Shown piece after piece: positions 1-9,615 of a stretch of 64,000 nucleotides of DNA. Both the position numbers and the translations under genes were made by a program. The first letter of the stretch is position 1. Every line of letters begins with the position of its first letter. The stretch covers positions 308,232 to 372,231 of the forward strand of contig JABGYH010000007.1 of NCBI GenBank assembly GCA_018675335.1, read 5' to 3'. The notes under the pieces are model-generated. The model had not been told where the DNA came from, searched no databases, and was given only the letters and a program-made list of their open reading frames with translations. The stretch comes from Candidatus Woesearchaeota archaeon (GTDB lineage: Archaea > Nanobdellota > Nanobdellia > Woesearchaeales > UBA11576).

Positions 1-2
1 GA

Positions 3-203
3 CGAGGATTTCAAAATGGACTCCCAATAGTGGGTGAAGCACACCAATACTCTCCAGAGGATTTAGCTCGTAGAATAGAACTTGATCCTGAGATTGCAAA
101 TCAATTTGGTATTGCGCGAGGCCTTAGCGGAAATGTTCTTGAACAATTTGTTGAAGAATTTCCAATCGGAAGATATTTCAAACACGAGAAAAAACAGACG
201 TGA
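3..203 (+). CDS. 3' end of a hypothetical protein (truncated by window edge)
   Basis: Frame 3 is open from the window start (RGFQNGLPIVGEAHQYSPEDLARRIELD...HEKKQT) to TGA at 201-203. Confidence 0.6.
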   Translation, partial: RGFQNGLPIVGEAHQYSPEDLARRIELDPEIANQFGIARGLSGNVLEQFVEEFPIGRYFKHEKKQT

Positions 204-284
204 ATACCTACTGTTGTGAGAATATCATTAAACTTACTCTAAAAACAAAAACATTTTTATAATCTAGTTTATAAAGTAGGTTTA

Positions 285-1370
285 GTGATAGATATAATTA
301 TGATTCTCAGTAATGAATATTTACGATTCGTATTAATTCTTACGCTTTTTTTTGGTCTTGCTTGGCTTGTCGACTGGATTTTAACAAAATATGTTCAAAA
401 ATATGTTGAAAGTACAAAAACAAGCATTGATGATTTAATTGTTGAAATAATTAGGGGACCCGTACATTTTTACATAATTGTTGGCGGAATATACTTAGCA
501 TTCAAATCACTAAGCGTGATTGGATCATATGCTAATTGGCTAAACAAAGGATTTATTGTCATTTCTATATGGGTCGGAGCCACAATCATTGCAAGTCTTG
601 TTGCAGCACTAATTGATTATTGGTTAGAATCCCATAAGCGGTTTAAAAAAACACCTCAACTACTTAATAAAATATTTACAATCACAATTTATTTTCTCGC
701 ACTAATCATAATACTAGGATACTTCAATGTTGAAATTACACCTCTCCTTGCAACACTAGGAGTTGGAGGTCTTGCAATCGGTCTTGCATTACAAAAAACA
801 TTATCCGATTTTTTTGCAGGACTAAACATAATCTCTGAACGACAAATAAATGTTGGAGATCATGTACAAATAGAAAACGAAAAAATCTCAGGATATATTG
901 ATGATATTGGTTGGAGATCAACAAAAATAAAATCATTAAGAAATAATATGATCATAGTTCCTAATTCTAGTCTATCAAACAGCATAGTTACAAATAACAA
1001 AATGCCACACGATGAAATGTCAATTATCATTAAATGTGGAGTTGCATATAGCTCAAATTTAAATCAAGTTGAAAAAATAACTCTTGATGTTGCAAAAAAA
1101 ATACAGAAAAAAATTGAAGGTGCAAAAAAAGAATTTGAACCTTTAGTTAGATTTCACACATTTGGAGAGTCAAACATTGAATTTAGCATAATTTTACGTG
1201 TTGAACATTTTGTTGACCAATACAGAGTTAAACATGAATTTATCAAAGCATTAAAAGACCGATATGACCAAGAAAACATAGAAATTAGTTGGCCTGTAAG
1301 AAAAATTTATTATGATAATCAGGTAGCAAATAAATTAAAATTGCAAACTAAACCTGTTCGAAAGAAATAA
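285..1370 (+). CDS. mscS: small-conductance mechanosensitive channel, MscS family
   Basis: N-terminal TM helices; TM3 motif LGVGGLAIGLALQKTLSDFFAG; GD.V...G.IDDIGWRST and IIVPNS motifs; start may be ATG at 300. Confidence 0.93.
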   Translation: MIDIIMILSNEYLRFVLILTLFFGLAWLVDWILTKYVQKYVESTKTSIDDLIVEIIRGPVHFYIIVGGIYLAFKSLSVIGSYANWLNKGFIVISIWVGATIIASLVAALIDYWLESHKRFKKTPQLLNKIFTITIYFLALIIILGYFNVEITPLLATLGVGGLAIGLALQKTLSDFFAGLNIISERQINVGDHVQIENEKISGYIDDIGWRSTKIKSLRNNMIIVPNSSLSNSIVTNNKMPHDEMSIIIKCGVAYSSNLNQVEKITLDVAKKIQKKIEGAKKEFEPLVRFHTFGESNIEFSIILRVEHFVDQYRVKHEFIKALKDRYDQENIEISWPVRKIYYDNQVANKLKLQTKPVRKK

Positions 1371-1375
1371 AATAA

Positions 1376-1531
1376 TTACTTAATCTCGCCAATCATATGT
1401 TCTCTAACTATAAACGTTCTTCCGCAATAAACACAACGTTTTTTTTTATCGCTCAGAATTCTAGATGTAGTATGATATTTCATATTATTTTTACACGCAG
1501 GGCATTGAAGTAAAAAGAAAAATTTTTCCAT
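1376..1531 (-). CDS. 51-aa zinc-ribbon protein
   Basis: Not in ORF track. Translates to MEKFFFLLQCPACKNNMKYHTTSRILSDKKKRCVYCGRTFIVREHMIGEIK (CxxC...CxxC); ATG lies 2 nt after the scpB stop. Confidence 0.8.
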   Translation of the reverse strand: MEKFFFLLQCPACKNNMKYHTTSRILSDKKKRCVYCGRTFIVREHMIGEIK

Positions 1532-1533
1532 TT

Positions 1534-2880
1534 TTAATTAGAATCGTGTTTAATAGGCATTGCATCTTCAGGAACACTCATCCCTTCAGAAGAAGAATCG
1601 TTTTTATTAGATTCGGATTTTTCAGTATTTTCTGACTCACTATTTTTTGACTCTTTTTTTTGAGAATCATTTTCGCCATCATTTTGATTCGAATTAGTTT
1701 GTGCAGGATCTTGTGCTAGTTCTTGTTCTGGACGTTCAGTTGCCTTAACACTTTCTCCCTCGATAAAATCTTCAAGTTCCGGATGAAGATTTCGATCCTC
1801 AAAAATATCATCTTTAACAACAACATCTTTTTTAACTGGTAAATCTTTATGAGTTTCTAGTAGTTGATCTGCAAGTTCTTTTGCGTGATCTGAATTATTT
1901 TTTTCTAAATCCTCTTCGAGTAATTTTGCTGATCCATCAACTTCAGAGTTAGACTTATCTGATTCGAAACCATTATTTGAGTTAGAATCAGCTTCATTTC
2001 CAGACGTAGATTCGCCCCCTGCTACTTCAACAGACTCAGCCTCTTGGTTTTCAGATTGTGAAGGAATAGGTACAACATCCAAATCTCCAATTTTTTCAGC
2101 AGGTTCTTGTGCTTTATTTTTGCCAGAATCATCATCAGAAATTATTTGTACTTTTTCTAAAGGAACTGCAGAGTCATATGTTTCAAGAGATCCAACTTTT
2201 TCACCCTCTACGTTATCTTTTTTTGTTGTGTCACCCAATTTATCTAGATTCGCATCTTGATTTTTGGTGTCAATTATTTTTTCTGGATCTTGTGGAAGTG
2301 CTAATTGAGCTTGAGATGAACCATCAAGTTTATTCTCGTAATCTTCCACTTTCTTTTGTGGAAGGACATTTTTTAAATCTGCAAAATCTTTGAATACTTC
2401 TTTAATTGCTTTTTTATGAGGTAGATCGAAATAATCCAAAAACTTTTGAGTGGTTTTGAGAAGATAAGATCTCCCTTGACGTTCTTTAGACAGAAATCCT
2501 TGCTCAACTAAATCTTTAATATGTTCATATGCTTTATTAGATCTAATATTTACTACTTCTGCTTGCAAAATTGGTTGTTTCCACGCAACAATTGCTAATG
2601 TTTCAAGAATTGCTTTAGACATTTCAGTGTGAGGATTAATACTATGAACAATTCCCAAATATTTTTCGCGAACTATTAATTTCCAACCATCTCCCTCTTC
2701 TATAAGACTTATAGGTGAATTTCGAGTTTTATAATCTGATTTGATGTCATTTACGGTTTCTTTTACTAATCCGTCTTCTTTAATGTCTAATAAAAGTTTA
2801 ATTTCAGTTAAAGTAATTACTCTACCACTAGAAAAAAGAATTGCTTCAATTTCATTTTTTAATTCTGAAAATTCAGCCAT
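1534..2880 (-). CDS. scpB: SMC-Scp subunit ScpB (Kite) with long acidic disordered C-terminal tail
   Basis: EAILFSSG, ILETLAIVAWKQPI, IRS, KTTQKFLDYFDL motifs in the first ~160 aa; remainder is D/E/S/N-rich. Confidence 0.9.
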   Translation of the reverse strand: MAEFSELKNEIEAILFSSGRVITLTEIKLLLDIKEDGLVKETVNDIKSDYKTRNSPISLIEEGDGWKLIVREKYLGIVHSINPHTEMSKAILETLAIVAWKQPILQAEVVNIRSNKAYEHIKDLVEQGFLSKERQGRSYLLKTTQKFLDYFDLPHKKAIKEVFKDFADLKNVLPQKKVEDYENKLDGSSQAQLALPQDPEKIIDTKNQDANLDKLGDTTKKDNVEGEKVGSLETYDSAVPLEKVQIISDDDSGKNKAQEPAEKIGDLDVVPIPSQSENQEAESVEVAGGESTSGNEADSNSNNGFESDKSNSEVDGSAKLLEEDLEKNNSDHAKELADQLLETHKDLPVKKDVVVKDDIFEDRNLHPELEDFIEGESVKATERPEQELAQDPAQTNSNQNDGENDSQKKESKNSESENTEKSESNKNDSSSEGMSVPEDAMPIKHDSN

Positions 2881-2940
2881 TTAAATTATCCACCTCGTTT
2901 GAAAACCAAAATAAAATATAATAATGTACAATAAAATATA

Positions 2941-3011
2941 ATCCAATAATTGGTTATTTAAATCAATAATTGTTTATTTAAATCAATAATTGTTTATTTA
3001 AATCAATAATT
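2941..3011. repeat. 20-bp AT-rich tandem repeat (~3.5 copies)
   Basis: aatcaataattgtttattta repeated upstream of scpB. Confidence 0.75.
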
Positions 3012-3189
3012 CCATAATAATCCAACAATAACCCAATATTTTGAACTATTAAAACATTTGAAAAAAATAAACTAATATGAGTATATAAATATTATTTATC
3101 TAAAGCTCAATTTAATAAGTATTTTATAATTTGATTGAAACTTATTTTAAAATTAATAACTGCAATCATATTGTTACTTCTTACCTAAC

Positions 3190-3870
3190 TTACTTCTTAC
3201 CTAATTTAAGCATTGAAGAGTAAACATCTCCCTTTTTTTCAATAACTTTCTCTTTTACTAATTGACCTAAAAAGTTTTCAATTTTATCTGCCGGAATACC
3301 CACATTTTTAGAAATTTGTTCAAGAGATAACTCTTTGTTTTGAAGTGAAAAAACAATAAAATTTCGAACTAAATTAATACTGTTTTTATCCATAAGTTTA
3401 ACGTGCGCAGACATTTCTTTTACTCTCATATCTGCAAAGTGAAGTCTTGCTATAAGATCTAACATTAAATCTGACAAATCTTTTGCACCAATCATTGATT
3501 CTGTTGGTTCTAAAACATCAATAGACGATGGAGTGAAATCAAAAACAAAACTTAACAAATCTTTAGGAGATTTAACCCAGAATTCTACTTCCGCAAATGC
3601 AGTCAACAATTTCTCATTATCTTTAACAGGTGTTGCTTCAAACGATTCTTCAAATGTCACTTCTAAATATTTTTCTTCATTAACTTTATCTAGAACTCCA
3701 TCCAATGTTTTCTCAACATATTCTTTAGGCGCACCTAAAACCTCAATTAAAGCTTTTACCAATAACTCGCCTTTAGCCATCCTTTCTTTAGGAGACATAA
3801 CTGGAGCTTCTTCCTCTTCTACTGCTTCAGATTTATTTTTTTTACGCTTAGTTGATTCTTTAATTGCCAT
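3190..3870 (-). CDS. conserved hypothetical protein with C-terminal wHTH-like region
   Basis: Long ORF; IEVLGAPKE, FDFTPSSIDVLEP motifs; C-terminal LEQISKNVGI...LVKEKVI is HTH-like. Confidence 0.7.
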   Translation of the reverse strand: MAIKESTKRKKNKSEAVEEEEAPVMSPKERMAKGELLVKALIEVLGAPKEYVEKTLDGVLDKVNEEKYLEVTFEESFEATPVKDNEKLLTAFAEVEFWVKSPKDLLSFVFDFTPSSIDVLEPTESMIGAKDLSDLMLDLIARLHFADMRVKEMSAHVKLMDKNSINLVRNFIVFSLQNKELSLEQISKNVGIPADKIENFLGQLVKEKVIEKKGDVYSSMLKLGKK

Positions 3871-3987
3871 ACTTTAATCAAAAAAGATACTGACTTATAT
3901 ATCTTTCTGAAAATAAAAACCCCTCAATACTGTGCTTAGAAGATCTGTACCTGCGAAATTGAATAAAATTTAAAAAAAATGAATCTA

Positions 3988-5217
3988 TTAAAGTTTTTTG
4001 AAAATGAGTAAAACTAAAAGAACTGCAAATAATAAAATGAATATAAAAACTAGAAGAGATCTTGCTTTGGCAGAACTTGATCTATAACTGTCAGATGAGT
4101 TCATTTTTGAAAAATTTGCAGGAAATTTTGATTTAAAATCAATAATATGTTGATCTAAATTTAACGAATTATTTAATTTATTTAACGAATTATTTGTTGG
4201 AATTACAATTAACTCTTTAGTTAACAAATAAGGTGTTTTTCTATTTGATGAATTAATAACAATTCTTAACTTAAACATTCCGGCTTTTATAACTGAATTA
4301 TTAAGAGTAAAAGATACATTTGAAAATTTAGGCAAAATTAAATCTTTACGATTATCTGTTTTTTTACCTTGCGAATAATGTTTGCTACTTTTAAAAACAT
4401 AAGAATATACGGAAAATATCAAATCCTCATCTCGAAAATTTTGAGCAGAAATATTAATTGTAAATGACTGATTGACAAATACTTTTGATGGTGCTGAAAT
4501 AATTGAAAAGTTCAAATTAGTTGATTTTGTGTTTGTTTTTTTAGGAGAGGGTATTGATTTTTGTGTTGAAGTGATCGATTGAGAGTTAATTGATTGATTT
4601 ATGAACTGAGCATTACAATCCCCGTTAGCACTCCCCTCATCATAGACCTCACATTCCTCAGAATTATTCAAATCACATTCTTTTAAGACATCTAACTCTG
4701 CTAACTCCAATTTCACGTCGAGATCAAACCCCGTAATTCGTAAAAAAACTGATTGATTTTTAGCAAGACAACTTAAATAAAAAGGAAAATTAATAGTTTT
4801 GGAATGATTTGAAAATTTATTTTGAAATTTTTCTTTTTTTGTAGGAGTTAATTTTTTTAGTTTCGAATCTAACAAATCAAAATACAATGTAGTCTTTCTA
4901 GAATCTAATTTAACAAACAAGTAATCAACCAATAACTCATTCGCATTAGTGTTTTTTGAAATATTAATAATATTTATTCGTGCTTGATCATTTTCCCCAG
5001 AAAATAACACTTTTTGTGGAATTTGATATATATTTTGAGACGAATCACCCATATTGCTTTCACCCACTAATAATTTTAGACTAATTTCATTTTCAGGATT
5101 GTTAATTTGATATTTGGCGATGTTAATTATTGAAGCAGTATCGCCACCAGAGAATATTATAACCACGATTAACAAAAATATTTTTAAACACAATTTTAAA
5201 AAAATATTAGTCTGCAT
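3988..5217 (-). CDS. hypothetical membrane-anchored exported protein with Ig-like C-terminal domain
   Basis: N-terminal hydrophobic helix; C-terminal TM followed by KKL. Confidence 0.65.
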   Translation of the reverse strand: MQTNIFLKLCLKIFLLIVVIIFSGGDTASIINIAKYQINNPENEISLKLLVGESNMGDSSQNIYQIPQKVLFSGENDQARINIINISKNTNANELLVDYLFVKLDSRKTTLYFDLLDSKLKKLTPTKKEKFQNKFSNHSKTINFPFYLSCLAKNQSVFLRITGFDLDVKLELAELDVLKECDLNNSEECEVYDEGSANGDCNAQFINQSINSQSITSTQKSIPSPKKTNTKSTNLNFSIISAPSKVFVNQSFTINISAQNFRDEDLIFSVYSYVFKSSKHYSQGKKTDNRKDLILPKFSNVSFTLNNSVIKAGMFKLRIVINSSNRKTPYLLTKELIVIPTNNSLNKLNNSLNLDQHIIDFKSKFPANFSKMNSSDSYRSSSAKARSLLVFIFILLFAVLLVLLIFKKL

Positions 5218-5406
5218 GTGTTACTAGCGAAGAAATTATTTAATTAATTTTTACTGGAAAAAACCGTAAAAAGAATTAACTTAGTCGGAAAAACTAATTT
5301 TATTGCTACTTCAAAGTTTGTTACCATTATAGAATACTCGATAAAGTTTTAATACTAAGCAAGGATAAAGTATTTAAACGTAACTATATGTTGTCGTGGG
5401 GGTAAC

Positions 5407-6288
5407 ATGTCTTTTTTGGAATCAATTAAAAATAAATCTAACAATGGAGAACCTGAATTAGATTTGCCACCATTACCAACAGAAGATGAATTTAATTCTC
5501 AAGATTTTTCCCAAGAACTTAATCAGTTCCCACAAGACAATATGAATCCAACTAACACTCAACAAACAACAGTACCCGAGTTAGATAATCAAGGACTTCC
5601 TCCATTACCTCAACAAGTTCAATTTCCCACTCAACCTAATGCAGGACATGATATGAGCACAATTCCACCACTAGACTTAGGTAATAAAAAATTTCCCATC
5701 CCCCCTCCAAACGAAAATTCACTTCCAAAATTACCACCAATTAATCCTATGAACGCGTCCTCTGCAGTCGCACCCCAACCAATACAACAATATCCGCAAC
5801 CAGGACAGATTGGAAATTCTCCTGTTGAAAATACTAACAATTACCCACCTACACAACCTATGCCACAACCAAACTCACAAAATCAAGTCACTCAAATTCC
5901 CGAAGTTCCCGATCTCGACGATCTTCCAGAACCAGTTTCACAGTCAACACGTCAAGAAAATTCACAAACCAACTTTAACTCTAATTCGCAAATTCCAAAA
6001 TCAGTACCTTCTCTTGAAGGATTTCCAAACATATACGAAGAAATTAATCAAATGCCACAGTCACAAAGAATGGCATCAGGACCAGTTTTTGTTTTACTTG
6101 ACGATTATCGAAACATACTAGATAATTTTAATCAAATCAAAATTAAATTTAAAGAAGAAGAAACAAAATTTACTGCAATCAATAATATCAAAATTAAAAA
6201 AGAAATAAAACTCGAAGCATTTAGAGAAACCATCGAGGACATACAGCGAAAATTATTATTTATAGATAAAGTCCTATTTGAAGGATAA
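5407..6288 (+). CDS. Pro/Gln-rich protein with C-terminal PVFV-coiled-coil domain
   Basis: RBS GGGGGT upstream; low-complexity N-terminus; C-terminus GPVFVLLDDY...IQRKLLFIDKVL. Confidence 0.75.
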   Translation: MSFLESIKNKSNNGEPELDLPPLPTEDEFNSQDFSQELNQFPQDNMNPTNTQQTTVPELDNQGLPPLPQQVQFPTQPNAGHDMSTIPPLDLGNKKFPIPPPNENSLPKLPPINPMNASSAVAPQPIQQYPQPGQIGNSPVENTNNYPPTQPMPQPNSQNQVTQIPEVPDLDDLPEPVSQSTRQENSQTNFNSNSQIPKSVPSLEGFPNIYEEINQMPQSQRMASGPVFVLLDDYRNILDNFNQIKIKFKEEETKFTAINNIKIKKEIKLEAFRETIEDIQRKLLFIDKVLFEG

Positions 6289-6298
6289 AGAGGTAAAA

Positions 6299-6529
6299 AT
6301 GGAACGAAGTGCACCAGTATTTGTAAAAATAGATGAATACAAAGACGTCTTAGACATAATTGATTTAGTTAAAAATAAAATCGGTGAAGCAAAACATCTT
6401 ATCAACCAAATCAATGAAATAAAAAATCAAGAAGATACTGAACTTGAAATGTGGTATAATGAAATTAATGACATTGAAAGAAAAGTAGACTATGTGGATA
6501 AAACACTAGTTAAACCTGAAAATACATAA
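6299..6529 (+). CDS. 76-aa PVFV-coiled-coil protein, paralog of the upstream gene's C-terminal domain
   Basis: GAGGT RBS before ATG 6299; APVFVKIDEY...IERKVDYVDKTL. Confidence 0.8.
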   Translation: MERSAPVFVKIDEYKDVLDIIDLVKNKIGEAKHLINQINEIKNQEDTELEMWYNEINDIERKVDYVDKTLVKPENT

Positions 6530-6531
6530 AA

Positions 6532-6873
6532 ATGGCAGAAGGAGAATTTTTTGTACAAATACCTGACGGCACAGAAGTGCGACGAATCTTACTTGAAGAT
6601 AGCAAACAAATAATTCAAATTCTACAAAGATACGAACAATTTAAAGCACATAGAATCCACAAACAAGAACTCATTAGCAAACTCCGCGATATAAATCAAT
6701 CAATTCAAGTTTTATTACAAAAATTAGAAGAAGAAATGCCAAAAACAAATATGCGTGTAAAATTAACCAAACGAAAAAAAGAACCAATTAGAAGTCAAAA
6801 AACAAAAGAATTACAACAATTAGAACAATCACTTGCAGACATAGAACGAAAGATCTCATCTGTACGAAAATAA
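6532..6873 (+). CDS. coiled-coil hypothetical protein
   Basis: 2 nt after the previous stop; FFVQI strand followed by helices. Confidence 0.75.
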   Translation: MAEGEFFVQIPDGTEVRRILLEDSKQIIQILQRYEQFKAHRIHKQELISKLRDINQSIQVLLQKLEEEMPKTNMRVKLTKRKKEPIRSQKTKELQQLEQSLADIERKISSVRK

Positions 6874-6957
6874 AAACTAATTCTCTCATAAAACTAGTTA
6901 TTAAGTTAATAAATATAATCAGTTAGCTTTTTAAATCGTTACTCGTTTACAAGAAAA

Positions 6958-8001
6958 ATGACAAAAGTAACTTGTGTTAGCGTTGTATTACAAAAAGCTG
7001 AAGATGTAAAGAATTTTTTACTTGAAAAAAATCTATTTAATAAAGATTATTCTTTCAAAAAATATGAAAATAGAATTTGCTTCCCAATAATTCAATCAAA
7101 AGAAAGCAACCAAATGATTCTAGACAAGTTCGATTTTGTAACATTTGAAGAACTAGAATTACAAGAAACTAGATATCCTCAAAATTTAAAAGACTCACTA
7201 AAAGAAAAATTAACAAAAGAAGAATTAGGTTTTTTAAAAACTTCATACGATGTTGTTGGAACAATTGCAATACTTGAAATTGATGCACCACTTGATAAAA
7301 AAGAAAAAATTATTGCAGATGAAATTCTTAAAACAAACAAAAACATAAAAACAGTAGTAAAAAAGGCAGATAAACACGACGGAGAATTTAGAACTCAAAA
7401 AATGACCTACATTGCCGGCGAAGAAACACTCGAAACATCATATCAAGAACATAATGTGCGACTAAAACTAAATGTTGAAGAAGTATATTTTTCACCAAGA
7501 CTCTCAACTGAACGAAAAAGAATATATGAAAAGATTACGAAGGGAGAAGATGTTTTAGTTATGTTTAGTGGTTGTGCACCTTATCCTTGCGTTCTTTCAA
7601 AAAATAGTTCTGCTGCCAATATTTTAGGAGTTGAAATAAATCCAGTAGGACACAAATATGGAATTGAAAATATTAAATTAAACAAACTAACCAATGTTAA
7701 ATTAATTAATGGCGATGTACGCGAAATTGTTCCAAAGCTAGAAGAAAAATTTGATCGAATACTTATGCCACTACCAAAAACTGCAGAAGAATTTTTAGAT
7801 ACAGCACTTTGCGTTGCAAAAAAAGGAACAATAGTTCACTTATACGCCTTTTTACATGAAGACAATTTTAAAGAAGCACACGATGCAATAGACATTGCCT
7901 GCAAGAATAAAGGATTTAAGTATAAACTACTTGAGACAGTCAAATGCGGGCAACACGCGCCAAGAGTATATAGAATCTGTGTTGATTTTGAGATACTTTA
8001 A
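6958..8001 (+). CDS. trm5: tRNA (guanine37-N1)-methyltransferase, Trm5/Met-10+ family
   Basis: SYDVVGTIAI, VYFSPRLSTER, MFSGCAPY, DRILMPLP motifs. Confidence 0.9.
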   Translation: MTKVTCVSVVLQKAEDVKNFLLEKNLFNKDYSFKKYENRICFPIIQSKESNQMILDKFDFVTFEELELQETRYPQNLKDSLKEKLTKEELGFLKTSYDVVGTIAILEIDAPLDKKEKIIADEILKTNKNIKTVVKKADKHDGEFRTQKMTYIAGEETLETSYQEHNVRLKLNVEEVYFSPRLSTERKRIYEKITKGEDVLVMFSGCAPYPCVLSKNSSAANILGVEINPVGHKYGIENIKLNKLTNVKLINGDVREIVPKLEEKFDRILMPLPKTAEEFLDTALCVAKKGTIVHLYAFLHEDNFKEAHDAIDIACKNKGFKYKLLETVKCGQHAPRVYRICVDFEIL

Positions 8002-8030
8002 ACTTTAGAACTCATTTAAAAGAATTTCTG

Positions 8031-8045
8031 GAAAGCTTTTTATAA
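8031..8045 (+). promoter_or_regulatory. BRE/TATA promoter of the sRNA precursor
   Basis: GAAAGC-TTTTTATAA, ~23 nt upstream of the structured RNA starting at 8068. Confidence 0.6.
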
Positions 8046-8067
8046 TGCCCTGAGTTATTCAATAATT

Positions 8068-8160
8068 AAGTAGTGTAAACCTGCGATGATTTAGTGAACA
8101 CCAGCTGAGCCTTGCGGCGATGATGGACGGTAGTAACTTAAGAGCGGGGCACAAATACTT
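8068..8160 (+). ncRNA. box C/D guide sRNA enclosed in a bulge-helix-bulge motif
   Basis: C-like AUGAUUU 8086-92, D' CUGA 8105-08, GCC-UUGC-GGC hairpin, C' AUGAUGG 8120-26, D-like AAGA 8140-43. Guide spacers are 12 and 13 nt; terminal stem CCUGC/GCGGG; outer BHB. Confidence 0.8.
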
Positions 8161-8250
8161 TACAAAAATAGAAATTACTCAACAAACAAATTCTAACCGA
8201 AAAAAATATGTTAAAACTCAAAAAAAAATCTTACGCTAAAGAAAAAATAA

Positions 8251-9615
8251 TTAATCGACAAAATCTATAAACTGCCCATCTTGAATTATGTGAACTTGTT
8301 TTTCAGTTTCATAACCCATTTCTTGACAAAGATCAACAAGTGCAGTCTTCATACTCAAATTACCATGCGCAGGAATAATATGTTTTGGTTTTACCATATT
8401 AATCAAATCTCTCAAATCTTCTCTTGCTGCATGACCACTAACATGAATTTTTTTAAAGAGTCTCACTCCTTTCTTTTTTATTTTCTCTTCTAAAATCTTA
8501 CGATTTGCAATATTAATAGTTGTTGGAATCACATCACAACTAAAAATAATATGATCTTCTTTTTCTAGTTCAAACTTAAATTCACCAGAAATAATTCTTG
8601 ACAAAACAGATTTAGGCTCGGCTTGATGACCTGTGCACACAATCAAATACTTAGAACGATCTTTTTTGACCTCTTCTAACATACGAGCAATTTTCTTTTT
8701 ATAACAAATAACTGTTGCTTCACGAGAAAAATCAACTATTTTAATTGCTTCTGCAGCACCCACATACTTACCTAAACTACGACCTAAAAGAATAACTTTT
8801 CGCTCCAATTTATTACCAAACTCAATAATTGATTTGAGTCTTGCTATATGACTAGAAAAAGTTGTGACAATAACTGCTTTACCCTCGCTATTACAACAAA
8901 GCATAACATCTTTTAGTAATTCACGCGCTACTTGCTCTGAAGGAGTCTTACCATCATTATTTGCACGCGTACAATCAACAATTAATGCAACCACTTTTGA
9001 TTTGGGATCCTCAGAGTTTTCAGAAATTTCCCCAATTCTTTTTAATTTTTCAAAATTAGGTTTTTTACCAAGAGTAGGATTATTATCAAACTTAAAATCA
9101 TTACCATAAATAACTTTACCATACTTAGTATGAACAATCACCATCACAGTCTGAGGAGTACTATGCGTCATGTTAACAAATTCAATAGTGATATTATCAG
9201 AAATTTTATAAGAACAATTAACATTTAAAACTTTAATTTCATTATTAAGTTTTATTTTTTCATCTTTACAAATTCTAAAAATAACTTCTGCAGTAAATGG
9301 CGTGCAAATGATTGGAGACGTAAATTTATTTGACATAAAAGGAATTGCTCCAACATGATCCAGATGTGCGTGAGTTGGAATAATTGCTTTTACTAATTTT
9401 TTCCATTTTTTAATTGGTTCAATATCAGGAATTGCGCCAATTTTAGATAATGCATATGCACTCAAATCAACATTGTCTGCATCTTCAGTATAATTCACAT
9501 AAGCATCCAGATGAAGCCCCATATCAAGAATTACTACCTCATCATCAACTCGCACTGCAGTCATGTTTTTACCAACTTCATTAAATCCTCCCACACCACA
9601 AATTTGTAAAGTCAT
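8251..9615 (-). CDS. rnj: archaeal ribonuclease J (beta-CASP)
   Basis: GGFNEVGKNMT, THAHLDHVGA, THSTP, DFKFD, HVSGHA, IPAHG motifs. Confidence 0.93.
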   Translation of the reverse strand: MTLQICGVGGFNEVGKNMTAVRVDDEVVILDMGLHLDAYVNYTEDADNVDLSAYALSKIGAIPDIEPIKKWKKLVKAIIPTHAHLDHVGAIPFMSNKFTSPIICTPFTAEVIFRICKDEKIKLNNEIKVLNVNCSYKISDNITIEFVNMTHSTPQTVMVIVHTKYGKVIYGNDFKFDNNPTLGKKPNFEKLKRIGEISENSEDPKSKVVALIVDCTRANNDGKTPSEQVARELLKDVMLCCNSEGKAVIVTTFSSHIARLKSIIEFGNKLERKVILLGRSLGKYVGAAEAIKIVDFSREATVICYKKKIARMLEEVKKDRSKYLIVCTGHQAEPKSVLSRIISGEFKFELEKEDHIIFSCDVIPTTINIANRKILEEKIKKKGVRLFKKIHVSGHAAREDLRDLINMVKPKHIIPAHGNLSMKTALVDLCQEMGYETEKQVHIIQDGQFIDFVD

